DNA of 64,000 nt from Meyerozyma guilliermondii (Eukaryota). Every line of letters begins with the position of its first letter. Positions within the stretch are counted from its first letter, which is position 1. The notes under the pieces are model-generated. The model made no database searches, was not told where the DNA came from, and saw only the letters and a list, made by a program, of their open reading frames with translations. Positions 31,101 through 41,468 of the stretch are shown here, one piece after another. The stretch covers positions 1,178,001-1,242,000 of the forward strand of contig CP128816.1 in the NCBI GenBank assembly GCA_051546255.1, read 5' to 3'. Made by a program: the position numbers and the translations under genes.

Positions 31101-32020
31101 CTTCTCCAATTGCAATTAGTAGTCCAGTGTCCATCACTTGCAACAGCAATTCCTACTTGAACCAGCTCCAGACTAACTTATTTGACTCGAACATGAAGTC
31201 AAAAATCATGCCTTTGTCGTTGAATCAAGAGCTTACATTGCGCAAAGATGAAGTCCCCGTTCCACAGTACCCCAAGTCCAATCTCCTTCCACCCACCTTG
31301 AACAAATTCTTTGACTATTCTAGCATTCAAATGCCCTCAATGGACCGATTCATCACAGAGTCTGGAAAATTAGCTCGTCTCGATCAACTCTTGGTGGATT
31401 TGAAAGGTGACGATCATAGAGTATTGATCTATTTTCAAATGACGAAAATGATGGATTTGATGGAAGAGTACTTGACGTACCGTCAACACAGGTACATCAG
31501 ATTGGACGGATCCTCCAAGCTCGAAGACCGTCGTGATCTCGTCCATGACTGGCAAACAAAACCTGAGATTTTTGTGTTTCTTCTTTCCACTCGTGCTGGT
31601 GGTTTGGGTATCAATTTGACTGCCGCCGACACGGTTATTTTCTACGATTCTGACTGGAATCCAACCATTGACTCCCAAGCCATGGATCGTGCTCATAGAC
31701 TAGGACAAACCAAACAGGTAACTGTGTATCGTTTGCTTGCACGAGGAACGATCGAAGAGCGGATGAGAAACCGTGCAAAACAAAAAGAGCAAGTGCAACA
31801 GGTTGTCATGGAAGGTAAAGCTTCCAAAAAGGAAGATTCTGCTAAGGATAAGAAGAAGGATGTTGCATTCTTGTTATTGGGTGAAGGTGACGAACTACCA
31901 TCTACTGGGAACACCACCGATGCAGAGACAGATAGACCTAAGAGTTCCATCAAGAACCTTGAAGATTTGTATCATGAAGGCGAAGGTGAGTTTTCCGGCG
32001 CGGGAACACCGGCATTGTGA
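28133..32020 (+). CDS. INO80: INO80 chromatin-remodelling ATPase
   Basis: DBINO region (KLNFLITQTELYSHF), [16 protein letters not shown], split helicase insertion, QAMDRAHRLGQ; exact start uncertain. Confidence 0.96.
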   Translation: MNISSILSDDKPDTVSTNTPGSPNGQPATNGYQQARNMNGMVHGDGSIGVPNGQNDQHLPLVGEQIELPHNPIADDKAYLGTIQDRLSRLSNIDSSIIHRSHGAVLSQDHRLATALRDARPQSLAENYLDRVVAEDGVVAGAGNHPTVLEGAPSNHHESWGPTREPSHEYISPEQVDARFDGAFHLRKPGISIDKLKPKTKRKGENDESTASKRRRAKDSSFSYAATDFDEDTGIEDQDDEDSTHPDSLGQPSSAAPESATDKKLAVKEQKSIAKQYDNTYVAIWKDLARKDGPKASRLLLLLLQTKAINLKKTAILAAREAKRWQLKNNKNQKDLTTKARRAMREMFNFWKRNERMERELKKKYEKELIDKAKREEEEREAKRQLRKLNFLITQTELYSHFIGKKIKTDEIEGADRDPTLSSPPASTGNYDLDTGNNVKTDFHAIDFDNEDEDALRRTAAANAQSALEATRSKAKAFDDPDTNHDEMNFQNPTLMGDINIEQPKLLKCQLKEYQLKGLNWLANLYDQGINGILADEMGLGKTVQSISVLAYLAEHHNIWGPFFVVTPSSTLHNWQQEIARFVPEFKVLPYWGNAKDRKILRKFWDRKLLRYGKDAPFHVLVTSYQLVVADAAYFQKMKWQYMILDEAQAIKSSQSSRWKTLLSFSCRNRLLLTGTPIQNSMQELWALLHFIMPSLFDSHDEFSEWFSKDIESHAQSNTQLNEQQLRRLHVILKPFMLRRIKKNVQSELGDKVEIDIFCDLTNRQKKYYQMLKSQISIRDILESASSSNDDSQSLMNLVMQFRKVCNHPDLFERADVKSPFLFGRFAETGSFLRESDLELQYSTESDLQFSIPKIVAEELLVPGENNFVGSKKKLLSMFNIYDPANSSEENYNWLRFVNTSPSDLNKMAKKGIIERAADFKEYTDINYEKENRLEYVYGKDFEPRQLKLLISNRYNNHALIDNSQNLKELYSIKSKVYEDIYANVMHRAASPIAISSPVSITCNSNSYLNQLQTNLFDSNMKSKIMPLSLNQELTLRKDEVPVPQYPKSNLLPPTLNKFFDYSSIQMPSMDRFITESGKLARLDQLLVDLKGDDHRVLIYFQMTKMMDLMEEYLTYRQHRYIRLDGSSKLEDRRDLVHDWQTKPEIFVFLLSTRAGGLGINLTAADTVIFYDSDWNPTIDSQAMDRAHRLGQTKQVTVYRLLARGTIEERMRNRAKQKEQVQQVVMEGKASKKEDSAKDKKKDVAFLLLGEGDELPSTGNTTDAETDRPKSSIKNLEDLYHEGEGEFSGAGTPAL

Positions 32021-32245
32021 GAATATAGTTTCATCTACAGAATACACAATTGTGATTTCTCAGCCTTGTTTCCTATCACTTGTATTTGTAAGAATTAAGG
32101 TTGCGATCGCAAGAAAAAGCTCTTACGGCCGAAATGAAACGATCATGCTTGCAGACGCCAGTGATGATTTGAAATCAAATTAAGATATAAAAAGCATCCA
32201 GTGGTGTCAATTGGGCATCAAGAGATTGAAACAACCACAAAACAA

Positions 32246-33001
32246 ATGACTAAAACTTATTTTCTTACTGGCGCTAATCGTGGTATCGGACTTTCTATGG
32301 CCAAGCAATTGGCTGAAGATCCCAATGTGGAGCTCATTTTAACCGCCAGAAACCCTACTGGTGCCGCAGAATTGCAAGACTTGGCCAAAACCAACACTCG
32401 TGTTAAGCTCGTTCAATTGGACGTGAGTGATGAGAACAGTATCAAGAAAGCTGTCGCAGAAGCTGCAAAATTGACCGATTCGATTGATGTCTTCATCAAC
32501 AATGGAGCCATTGGTCAAGCTTTTACTCCTGTCTTGAAGACACCAAAGGGGCAATGGGTTAACCATTACAACACCAATGTTGTGGGACCAATTCTTTTGC
32601 TCCAGCACATCATCCCGCTCATCGAGAAGGGAAGTGATAAAAGAATTATTTTCATTTCTTCTTTGGTTGCCTCGTTAGGAACGACTCTTCCAATCAACTT
32701 CTCTGCTTATGGTCAATCGAAGGCTGCTCTCAATTACACCATCAAGGACTTGGCTAAGGAAATTGGAAAGGACGGTTTCACTGTTGTCGCTGTCCACCCT
32801 GGTGTGGTTGGAACCGATATGGGCCACGATGCTGGTAGACTTCTTGCTGAGGAGGACCCATCTTCTAGTGAATTCTTCAAGCTGGCTGAAATTATTACTC
32901 CTGACAAGAGTGCTGAAAGTTTGATTGACTTGTTCAAGGGTTTAACCACTGAGTCCAATGGAAAGTTTCTCAGTTATGACAAGTCTGAACTTCCATGGTA
33001 G
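32246..33001 (+). CDS. Short-chain dehydrogenase/reductase (C-factor-like)
   Basis: TGANRGIG, NNG, YGQSK, VHPGVVGTDMG; TATAAAA at about 32187. Confidence 0.92.
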   Translation: MTKTYFLTGANRGIGLSMAKQLAEDPNVELILTARNPTGAAELQDLAKTNTRVKLVQLDVSDENSIKKAVAEAAKLTDSIDVFINNGAIGQAFTPVLKTPKGQWVNHYNTNVVGPILLLQHIIPLIEKGSDKRIIFISSLVASLGTTLPINFSAYGQSKAALNYTIKDLAKEIGKDGFTVVAVHPGVVGTDMGHDAGRLLAEEDPSSSEFFKLAEIITPDKSAESLIDLFKGLTTESNGKFLSYDKSELPW

Positions 33002-33168
33002 ATTTAACTGGCCAATATTTTAATGTAGGGCTGTATTGTCTTTGTCCCACAAGTAAGTGCCAATTTGATTTTCCAACCATCAAATATAAGTCTGAACATT
33101 TGATAGAATCTAGCTTTTCAAATCAATCAACGATTTGTATTAAACAGCAAATAAATAAATCACAAGAG

Positions 33169-35466
33169 TCAAACCAGCTGATCTTCGGTCGATATCTTTT
33201 GAGTGATTGTGTTTTCAAGTTCTCCCAAAAAAGATGGGGAAAATGACTGAGCGGTGACTTCCGCAGCATCAAGCTTGTCTGAGTCATTCGATTGACTAGT
33301 CTCCTTAAGTGTCTTGTTTTCGTTCTCGAGATTGTAGATTCGGGCAAAACTCTCTTCGAGTTTGTTTCGTAGATCTTCCTTCGATAAGCCAGTTGATTTC
33401 TTATTGTCATCATCGTCGGCAAAGCTGGTGATTTGAGTCGAAGAAACCAAATCAGACAAGCTGCTAACATTTGATGCTAACGAATTGAGAGAGAACCGAT
33501 TTATTGACAGCCTGGAGTTCCTAACTCGCAGGTTTGATAATGACTCCAATGCAGCTTGGTTGTAGCCTTCATAGTAATTGTTTGAAGGTAAGATATTGAT
33601 ATAATTGTCGTCGTATGCAGCTCTATTGTTTCTGTTTACAGAAAAACTTGAAGCCTTATTGGGCTCTTCGAAAACGGTGAGTAATCCCAACTGTAACCCT
33701 GTTGATAATCTTTTGTACTTTTTATCAAGCTTATCGCCCACCTTACTCTTGAGAGAAGATGACTGCGAATCGATTGTTGGTGATTGATTAGGCTTTCCCG
33801 TGGCTTGGCTTGGAAGAGAAAATCGCTTCTTCAAAGAGCTGCTGGTTGTGTGGAATGTCTTGGGGCTAAACTCTTCACAATTTCGAGAGCTTCGCCTGGA
33901 AGTTGAAGTTGAAGACGAGGGTGTCTTTTCAATATCACCATAGCCTGTTTTCATGTATAGATCATGATTTAAGTCGCTAAGAGTCAATTGGTATAGCTGC
34001 ATACTTTGCTGAAGTTCTTCTCCAAGTTGCTGAAAGATCATTATTTTTTCATTTAGCTCATCGATGTTATCTATCGTAGACACAGATTGGTTGTACTTTT
34101 TAAAGAATCCGAAATTTGTTGTCAAATTGGTGAGTTTTTGTATCAAACTGTCCATATTAGTTTCAGGTATGCCAGTTTGATGATTATCAACTTGAAGTAC
34201 GTCACTGTTCTCTAGTTCTCTAGTTTTTGTTGCACTTGGGTTTAACCGTTCGTATCTGTCAACAAGGTTGTTGAAGTTTGACACAGTTTGGTTGTGTTCG
34301 TGGAAAATGTCTTCTAAGATAATGAACTTTTCAAGAACCGAAATCGGGGTTGAGCAAAGCTCCCGAGTCTCGGCTTGTGGTAGATTGAACAGGTCCCATG
34401 CTTTGCTCAAGAAAAAATTATAGCTCTGGCGTTCACTGATGGTGAGTAATTGGCAAAGAAACATCTTTCTCAACTTGTGAAATTTGTCAAGTTTTGAACG
34501 TAGCGTATCAATGGTAAGTTCAGTTTCATCTAAGCTTTTACCGAGGATGTCGATGTTTATGTTATTGATGTGGCAATACTGCTCAAAAGTAGGTCCATTC
34601 AAAAACGGTAGTAGGCGTACAATTGATGATTTCAAATTGAAAATTAGAAAGGAAAGGGTCTCATCTAGGGTTTTCATTAGACTTGTGGGATCATTGGAGC
34701 CACTTGAAGACAAACTCGTTCCGGTGAAAATGGCCATCTCTTTTGCTCGTATCATGTGGGATATTAGTTTTTTGTTGATCTTGTAGTTGAGCTTCAAGAA
34801 TTCTTCGGTATAGTTGAGTATTTTGTTTGCTTTTATTCGTAATCCAATACGTTTAAATTGAATCATACGAGTGCTGACAACAAGAAGTATTCGGAATAAT
34901 TTATGCTTGCTATGCGACAGCAAATGGGAATCTTCCTTCAAGCTTTGTTTGATCAAGAAGATGATTAGGTGGATCACTTGAAGGACCATCTGGGTATTAT
35001 AATACTTTTCAGGGAACCGAATCAGGTAATACTTTTTGACAACAAAGAGCTCAGTTCCATCAAAGTTAAGCAGTCTGGTAAGCCTTGTTGCGGTTGGTTC
35101 TTTCGTATTTGCCATTAAAGTGTTCAAAGCTTGTTCATTTTTAGATAGGATCAACGAATCATCCATTAAGTTCGACAAGATCAATTGGTATTTGAACCGC
35201 TCCCAAAATTCTCCTGTCAAATTATGAGTGGACAAATACTTTTTGATAAATCGTGAAAACAATTCTGTTGATGGTGAGACATCTACTTGGTTGTAGCGGT
35301 GGAAATAGTACTTGAAATCATGTTTTTGATGAGGGGGGAAGTAGCCAGAAACGCCTCCTGGTCCATGTATATAAGGGGAGTTATATTTTGTAGCCGACGA
35401 TGTGGTTGACAACGCATCATCTATTCCCCACGACCCAATATCTGGGTATTTTAGATGGTGGGCCAT
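33169..35466 (-). CDS. Vezatin/Inp2-like myosin receptor (peroxisome inheritance)
   Basis: FWERFKYQLILSNL motif resembles the vezatin/Inp2 N-region; hydrophobic segment plus coiled coils. Confidence 0.5.
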   Translation of the reverse strand: MAHHLKYPDIGSWGIDDALSTTSSATKYNSPYIHGPGGVSGYFPPHQKHDFKYYFHRYNQVDVSPSTELFSRFIKKYLSTHNLTGEFWERFKYQLILSNLMDDSLILSKNEQALNTLMANTKEPTATRLTRLLNFDGTELFVVKKYYLIRFPEKYYNTQMVLQVIHLIIFLIKQSLKEDSHLLSHSKHKLFRILLVVSTRMIQFKRIGLRIKANKILNYTEEFLKLNYKINKKLISHMIRAKEMAIFTGTSLSSSGSNDPTSLMKTLDETLSFLIFNLKSSIVRLLPFLNGPTFEQYCHINNINIDILGKSLDETELTIDTLRSKLDKFHKLRKMFLCQLLTISERQSYNFFLSKAWDLFNLPQAETRELCSTPISVLEKFIILEDIFHEHNQTVSNFNNLVDRYERLNPSATKTRELENSDVLQVDNHQTGIPETNMDSLIQKLTNLTTNFGFFKKYNQSVSTIDNIDELNEKIMIFQQLGEELQQSMQLYQLTLSDLNHDLYMKTGYGDIEKTPSSSTSTSRRSSRNCEEFSPKTFHTTSSSLKKRFSLPSQATGKPNQSPTIDSQSSSLKSKVGDKLDKKYKRLSTGLQLGLLTVFEEPNKASSFSVNRNNRAAYDDNYINILPSNNYYEGYNQAALESLSNLRVRNSRLSINRFSLNSLASNVSSLSDLVSSTQITSFADDDDNKKSTGLSKEDLRNKLEESFARIYNLENENKTLKETSQSNDSDKLDAAEVTAQSFSPSFLGELENTITQKISTEDQLV

Positions 35467-35587
35467 GGCATCGATTTCCCCTCAAATTGAGTATTAACCT
35501 TAAGAGGTCGCATATGTTTTTTATTTGTTTTGATCGAGCGAGCTATATACAGTACCAGATAACGGTTCCCAAAACCTGGGGTAAACT

Positions 35588-36136
35588 TCAAGAAGGAAGA
35601 CTAGGACCAGAACCCATGTTATGTAGCCAGTCGTCCATGAAAACCAACGGGGGTTCAGACTGGTGTAGTTGTTGTGGATTCCTTAAAATTTGTTGTCGTA
35701 CAGCTTCACGTTCTTGAATAAATCTTGAACGATCGATTTCAAATTGCTGATAAAGATTGGCATGCAGAAGCTGCTGAGTCTGGAGAGGATGTTGGTATTG
35801 GTGTGGCTTTTTCCGTTCTCTCTGTACATTTGCGGCTTCCGGATGGACCAGTAATTGACTTATACTCACCAAATGATCATAGACTGGATGTGTCGGTGCC
35901 GATTGTGGCATTAGAGTCCAAAGAAGAAGCCACCAATCCCACAATAAATTTTCACTTGTGTGTGATGGAGGGAGGTTTGAGGTAAACTCATGGAATTCGG
36001 GATCTCGTGGAACGGGAGATTCGTTGAATAGTTGCATGGCAGAACCCCGAAGATTGTTCTCTACCATATAAGTGTACAAGTGAGCCAAAAAGAGCTGATG
36101 GCTATCCTGGGAATAAAGGTCGTTTACTCCTGTCAT
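35588..36136 (-). CDS. Small LisH/LUFS-domain protein (Flo8/Mss11-like N-domain)
   Basis: LFLAHLYTYMVENNLRGSAMQLFNE (LisH) followed by LLWDWWLLLWTL; Q-rich tail. Confidence 0.65.
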   Translation of the reverse strand: MTGVNDLYSQDSHQLFLAHLYTYMVENNLRGSAMQLFNESPVPRDPEFHEFTSNLPPSHTSENLLWDWWLLLWTLMPQSAPTHPVYDHLVSISQLLVHPEAANVQRERKKPHQYQHPLQTQQLLHANLYQQFEIDRSRFIQEREAVRQQILRNPQQLHQSEPPLVFMDDWLHNMGSGPSLPS

Positions 36137-36686
36137 CTGTGGCAAATCAGGTTAACAGAGACAAATTTTTAAGGAAAAAGTTTGAGACTTTAATGAAATT
36201 TCAGTGAGTGATAAACTGAGGCAATACTTCAATAACTGTTGATGGACCTTATTAATCAATATCTGGAGAAGCACGATGTCCAGTGACAGAGTGGTGTTGG
36301 TGGGGCTTGTGGAACTTTTACCAAACTTTCGATGAGTTTATTTTTTAGGCGTTAAAAATATTCGTCAAGCCGCAGTCACGCTGTGAAAGGATTTCAATCG
36401 AATTTACTTTTGAGTATCAAATGTAGCTTATATATGCAATCTCTGGATTATTGCTCTGATACCAGTGTCCGTTTCTCAGTCTAGTTGAGATGGACTTATT
36501 TAATTTTTGGGGTTTGCGCTACCCAGAGATGCCCGGGCTCAGGGGCCGGGATTCATGAGGGAATTCCGAAACCGAAATCTGGGGTCGGCACGTGCTCTAT
36601 AAACTTTGAAACGACCTAAATGGCCAACTAAAATGTTGGTGAAAGTGTTTTAGGCATATGTATCATCTGCTAGATTGTCTAATCCG

Positions 36687-38762
36687 TTATCTAAATTTGC
36701 CGAAAGGAAGGTCGGGCACCGTATTGCCAACGTGGTTCGCTTCCTGCAAAAACTGCGGAGGGTATCGTTCATCATCAAACACAGGCACAAAACGGCAACA
36801 ATTTCGCTCGTAGTGTATTCCTTGGATCATAAGCTTGTCTATATTTCGAAACACCCGAGCCAAAAAACCGACAATTGGTCGCAATTGATGTATAAGATAA
36901 ACAATAACGAGATTATCGATATTATTAGGATCTTCGGCTCGAGGGTCATTGTCAATGTTACACTCACATTGAGTATCGGTATGAAAGTGGTGATGTAAAG
37001 CATGGGGTTGTCCACGATGCATGGGGTATCTATTGTAGTTGTAAGTGCGTTGCTTGATGGGAATACACACTTCCCTATCGGTTTGCAACTTGCTAAGAAT
37101 ATACCCCAAGATAACATAGTAAGCACTAAAATCATCGTGGTTTGGTAAAGGGAAAAACAAGTCCCTAAGCCTTTCTAGCACATGATTGCATCCCCAGCAA
37201 GTACATGTATGCAACAAGGACTCATAGAATTCTGGCTTGTAATAAATGAAAGAAGTCACAAAGTCAGGAAGTTGAAGCACTCGTAATGGATTGTTCTTCT
37301 GCTGGCCAGTATAGATACTCAATATGAATGATTCGAGCAATTGCTCATTCATCTTGTTGAGAGTGGTACTGGATAAGTCGAGAGCTCCGTCAAAAATCTT
37401 GAATCCGGGCGATGTCAAGTCGAGCGAGAGTCGTGATACCAGACTCAAGGTTCGAATAAACCGACCTACAGGGCGGATGATGCCCTCCAACAACTGCTGA
37501 GGACGTAACCATTCATAGTTGGGAAATAACTCCACCTCGAGACTGGTCAAATTGGGAAGTCCTTGGTGGTCTATCAGGTATGATGCAAAATCGTTGAAAA
37601 ATCGAGGAAAGCAATCACAGCTCCGGTTTCGGTGTTCAACACAATCAACCTTGAGAAATAAATGAGACAACCGAGTGAGATCGATCTTGCTATCAATAAC
37701 ATCGAATCGAAGTGTCTTTTCCATCGCCTGGATGTAGTCATTATCATCAATTTCTGTGATAGGGGTCCTCTGACCTGGAAGAATTAAAGGTATTATATCG
37801 GTAGCCACTCGCTTGTTGTGGCAGTGGTATAAGCTGAAGCCCTTGAGCTGAAGTTTTAATCGTGAATCATTATTATTGGGAAGCTTTAATAAGCGGATCA
37901 CCTCAAGTCCAAGGTGACGATTTGTACGACACGTCAAGGTGAAGAGGGAATTAATGCAACTGAACTCGGGGGAATCTAGATCGATTGTTTTAACACGTTC
38001 GAGCTCGTATTCATCGAGCATCATGAAAAGGTTGGTGATGCCTGGAGGCACTTTCGGAGTATGCAAATTTGTGAGATTTGTGATAAAGAGTTTGAAGATT
38101 TGATTGCGGATATTGGGATGGTGAAGAAACTCGGTCAATTGACGCATTCCATTGGAAAAGTCAATAAATGTAATGTGCAAGAAATTGAGCTTGGTTGACT
38201 GGTTTGCGAAATGCGTCATCAATTGAACCTGAAGTGTATGAAGATCCAAATCAAATCCTGCCAACACATCGGACGAGCACTTGTCAAACACAAAAAACTT
38301 GATTCTTTGTACCATTTGAGGATTCCGCATCATTTCAAGGTAAAACTTGATGAATGATGATGGTTTTAAAATGAGGGCAGAATCCATGTACTTGATACCA
38401 TTGTCACGTATAAACAATTCCGTACTCTGACGGTATTTCACCGGAACCTGAGGGTTTAAAACCACCGTTACCCTTCGGTAAAGTCGGTCTATGGCTAGAG
38501 GGTATAACAGTGAACATGATAGAGCCAAATTGACCAATTCGAATTGTGAAACATGTTGTAGAATATCCATAATGATCTGAGGAGAAAGTCTTCTTACTAA
38601 TGAGTTTTGTGGTTGAACCTCGTACCCATTGACACTAGTTCGGTTGCGAACACATGGAACTACTTCATCCTTCTTGTGATGGAAATTGCGGGGCACCGGT
38701 AATTTAGGCGAGCCTAGACGGTGATCGCGATTCATAAGACGAGGAACAGACAGCTGTGACAT
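36687..38762 (-). CDS. F-box protein
   Basis: LSPQIIMDILQHVSQFELVNLALSCSLLYPLAIDRLYRRV F-box pattern near the N-terminus; start uncertain. Confidence 0.7.
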   Translation of the reverse strand: MSQLSVPRLMNRDHRLGSPKLPVPRNFHHKKDEVVPCVRNRTSVNGYEVQPQNSLVRRLSPQIIMDILQHVSQFELVNLALSCSLLYPLAIDRLYRRVTVVLNPQVPVKYRQSTELFIRDNGIKYMDSALILKPSSFIKFYLEMMRNPQMVQRIKFFVFDKCSSDVLAGFDLDLHTLQVQLMTHFANQSTKLNFLHITFIDFSNGMRQLTEFLHHPNIRNQIFKLFITNLTNLHTPKVPPGITNLFMMLDEYELERVKTIDLDSPEFSCINSLFTLTCRTNRHLGLEVIRLLKLPNNNDSRLKLQLKGFSLYHCHNKRVATDIIPLILPGQRTPITEIDDNDYIQAMEKTLRFDVIDSKIDLTRLSHLFLKVDCVEHRNRSCDCFPRFFNDFASYLIDHQGLPNLTSLEVELFPNYEWLRPQQLLEGIIRPVGRFIRTLSLVSRLSLDLTSPGFKIFDGALDLSSTTLNKMNEQLLESFILSIYTGQQKNNPLRVLQLPDFVTSFIYYKPEFYESLLHTCTCWGCNHVLERLRDLFFPLPNHDDFSAYYVILGYILSKLQTDREVCIPIKQRTYNYNRYPMHRGQPHALHHHFHTDTQCECNIDNDPRAEDPNNIDNLVIVYLIHQLRPIVGFLARVFRNIDKLMIQGIHYERNCCRFVPVFDDERYPPQFLQEANHVGNTVPDLPFGKFR

Positions 38763-39175
38763 GTCAGAATGCACAATGGGTTGAAACCCGTAGTAGTTGT
38801 TTGATAATAGTGCAGGATCACTTGGGGTTTACTACCAGGACTAATTAATAAGCTTATATGGAACCACGATTACCTCAGCGCACCGGTAAGTTGGTCCCGG
38901 CTTGCCTGCAGTCTCGGACCGGATCCTGCGTCGGATATAACACCTGCGTCCGCGACAGCCGCGAACGGTCCAATTATTGTGTGCAGACCAGATTACCCAA
39001 GCCGTTTGGTGTCTGCACGCCGCGTGTTGTCGGCGCCAGCGTTATCGGTTATCGAGCCAATCACAATTCGAAATTCATCGCGATTATGCAGGCGGTAATA
39101 TGCAGGTTGGGTCGCCTACCTAACTTTGACAGGGCAAAGCCAGTGTTTTGACGTATTAAACACGATTTGTTGGTG

Positions 39176-40882
39176 ATGGATAAACACACCGCACAACGTC
39201 CGTCGCAGCTGTCGCGACGCACAGATGGTATAGGATTATCCAAATTTCTGTTCAATTTGGATGCTGATTCTAGCCCGATTTCCATGAGCGATATTATGAA
39301 AGATGACACAACCTCGGCCGAAGGATTGTGGAAAATGTACCACCGAGCCAAGGAGTCGCTCCCGTACAAGCTGCGCATAGAGAATCTCGCGTGGCGAATG
39401 ATGCATGCTCGAGGATCAGAATCTCCAGAACAAAGTATACTGAGTCTGTCACCCGCGGCCGATTATGATTCCAATCCTCAAATGGGACCATCTGAACTGA
39501 CTTCGGCTTCGGCGGTTGATGATTTTGATTACGTGGCGCACATTCGTAAGATGGGCCAGGAAGAAGAAGAGATGTCTCGAAAGCGGCCGGCTCCGTTTTC
39601 ACCACAGATCGTGGCCCACACGCCTCAGAGTAATCATAGCATCCACCCAGCCCAGGCACACCAGCCCACCATCCATTCCAACTTGTCGGCGGCGCTCCGA
39701 GACCAACCAGTGACCCACCAAGATGACCTTGGCGCTTCTGCGTTTAGCTTTTCTCTCGATCCACTCGCATTCGAAGGTCCTGGAGTCCAGGATTCCGACT
39801 TCGACTCGGTCCACCCACATTCGCTTCCCGCTACGGCACCACCATCGCACTTTATGTCGTCGTCGTTCACCATGGGCCCATCTTCAATGCTTAATAATTG
39901 GGACAATCCTTCTCAGCAGCATCCTCACTTGGTGCGCCAGGATAATTCACTAATGAGTCTTCCAGACCACTTTGACCGATCTCATTCCAACACCCCGGTT
40001 TCAATGCCTCAATCGTACGCTTCGTCGCTCGCATCGGATATCACCGCACAAACTTCCCTTCCGTACCAGATCCAGCATGCTAATTCTTTCACATCACCAA
40101 CATCGGCTCGAAAAGGTTTTGACACCGTAGGTCCTGTGTCTTCGTCACTTGCAGGATACTTCGACAGCTGGTCCGGTTCTGTGTCTGGTTCTGTACCAGG
40201 TTCCATATCGGGTTCCATATCTGGTTCCATGCAACCGATTAATACCTCCCAAACCACTCGTAGCAATAACGTTACCCCAACCGACCAAACCTCGAGTCTT
40301 CCTTCCATGAGTCCCTACGATACCAATGCCAAAAGCAAGAAAAAACCACCCAAGAAAAAGCAAGCCGTTTCCACTAATCCTTCATCCCCGGCTGTGTCAG
40401 GTAAACCGGGTCTGGATTCGGTATCTTGCACCAATTGTCATACTCGAACAACTCCACTTTGGCGGCGTAATCCTCAAGGACAACCCTTGTGCAATGCGTG
40501 TGGTCTCTTTCTCAAATTACATGGCGTTGTACGTCCTTTAAGTCTTAAAACTGATGTTATCAAAAAACGTCAACGAGGACTGGGATCTACCACCAAAAAA
40601 CCCACATCTACACCATCGAAAGATGGCGATGATTTAAACCCAACCTCACATGTGAAGGATGAACGCAGGAAGTCTAATGCCAGAAGCATGCTGAAACCCA
40701 TTAGTACTGAAAAATCGGTTCCTTCACCATTTCCTCTCAACTCACACGAACTCGATCCCATAGAAGAAGTTGAGAAAGACAAATCATTCCAGCCTCATCT
40801 TGTACACGATGACTTGATGAATGGCCAAGACGATCGGAACGGTAACAATGGCAATTGGGACTGGCTCCGATTGACGTTGTGA
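39176..40882 (+). CDS. GAT1: GATA nitrogen regulator (Gat1/AreA type)
   Basis: LWKMY...[10 protein letters not shown] domain, [28 protein letters not shown] finger, terminal WDWLRLTL. Confidence 0.92.
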   Translation: MDKHTAQRPSQLSRRTDGIGLSKFLFNLDADSSPISMSDIMKDDTTSAEGLWKMYHRAKESLPYKLRIENLAWRMMHARGSESPEQSILSLSPAADYDSNPQMGPSELTSASAVDDFDYVAHIRKMGQEEEEMSRKRPAPFSPQIVAHTPQSNHSIHPAQAHQPTIHSNLSAALRDQPVTHQDDLGASAFSFSLDPLAFEGPGVQDSDFDSVHPHSLPATAPPSHFMSSSFTMGPSSMLNNWDNPSQQHPHLVRQDNSLMSLPDHFDRSHSNTPVSMPQSYASSLASDITAQTSLPYQIQHANSFTSPTSARKGFDTVGPVSSSLAGYFDSWSGSVSGSVPGSISGSISGSMQPINTSQTTRSNNVTPTDQTSSLPSMSPYDTNAKSKKKPPKKKQAVSTNPSSPAVSGKPGLDSVSCTNCHTRTTPLWRRNPQGQPLCNACGLFLKLHGVVRPLSLKTDVIKKRQRGLGSTTKKPTSTPSKDGDDLNPTSHVKDERRKSNARSMLKPISTEKSVPSPFPLNSHELDPIEEVEKDKSFQPHLVHDDLMNGQDDRNGNNGNWDWLRLTL

Positions 40883-40939
40883 TAGAGTAGTGTACAAAAC
40901 AGTTTATATATACGCCCTAAATAATATTAGAAATCTTGA

Positions 40940-41311
40940 ATGGCAAAAGTAATTATTCAATTTTGTTCCAAGTGCAAATGGCACAACCGTGCCGTATGGT
41001 ACCTCCAGGAAATTATGCAAACATTTGGTGAAGGTGAACGATTCATTTCAGAAATTTCAATTCAGCCTAAAATTGATGAACCTGGACTTTTTCAGGTACT
41101 CGTTCAAGCTGATGAGGGAGAACCAAAAATCATATACAAGAGAAAGTTCAAGAAGGATAATGGTCCTCAGGATGCTCCATACTACTATGATGGGTTTCCT
41201 GATAGTAAATTACTCAAAACGCTAATTCGAGATGAACTTTTTCCAAGTGAAAAATTGGGCCATGTAGATGGGCATGCAACATTGACTTGTGAAAAATGTG
41301 AAAAGGAATAG
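40940..41311 (+). CDS. Rdx (SelT/SelW/SelH) family protein
   Basis: IQFCSKCKW CxxC, RAVWYLQE, GFPDSKLLKTLIRD, LGHVD. Confidence 0.88.
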   Translation: MAKVIIQFCSKCKWHNRAVWYLQEIMQTFGEGERFISEISIQPKIDEPGLFQVLVQADEGEPKIIYKRKFKKDNGPQDAPYYYDGFPDSKLLKTLIRDELFPSEKLGHVDGHATLTCEKCEKE

Positions 41312-41331
41312 AGAAGGAAACAGAATTCTGA

Positions 41332-41418
41332 GAAAACTGAACGAAAACTGAACGAAAACTGAAGAAAATGAGCTAAACTGAAAAACTGAATGAACTGAAC
41401 GAACCAAATGAAACTGAG
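41332..41418. repeat. Intergenic 11-bp minisatellite (GAAAACTGAAC)n, degenerate
   Basis: About three near-perfect units followed by decayed AACTGA copies. Confidence 0.8.
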
Positions 41419-41468
41419 AATGATTTTGTAACCGAATACTCAAGACTATAGTACACTGCTATTTTCTG

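Noticed and set aside
36137..36260. Possible intron ending CAG directly before the LisH gene ATG
   Set aside because: Branch-like GTTAAC is present but there is no convincing donor site
41332..41418. Repeat considered as a CRISPR array or telomeric seed
   Set aside because: No spacers, eukaryotic context, rapidly decaying units; an ordinary minisatellite between convergent genes
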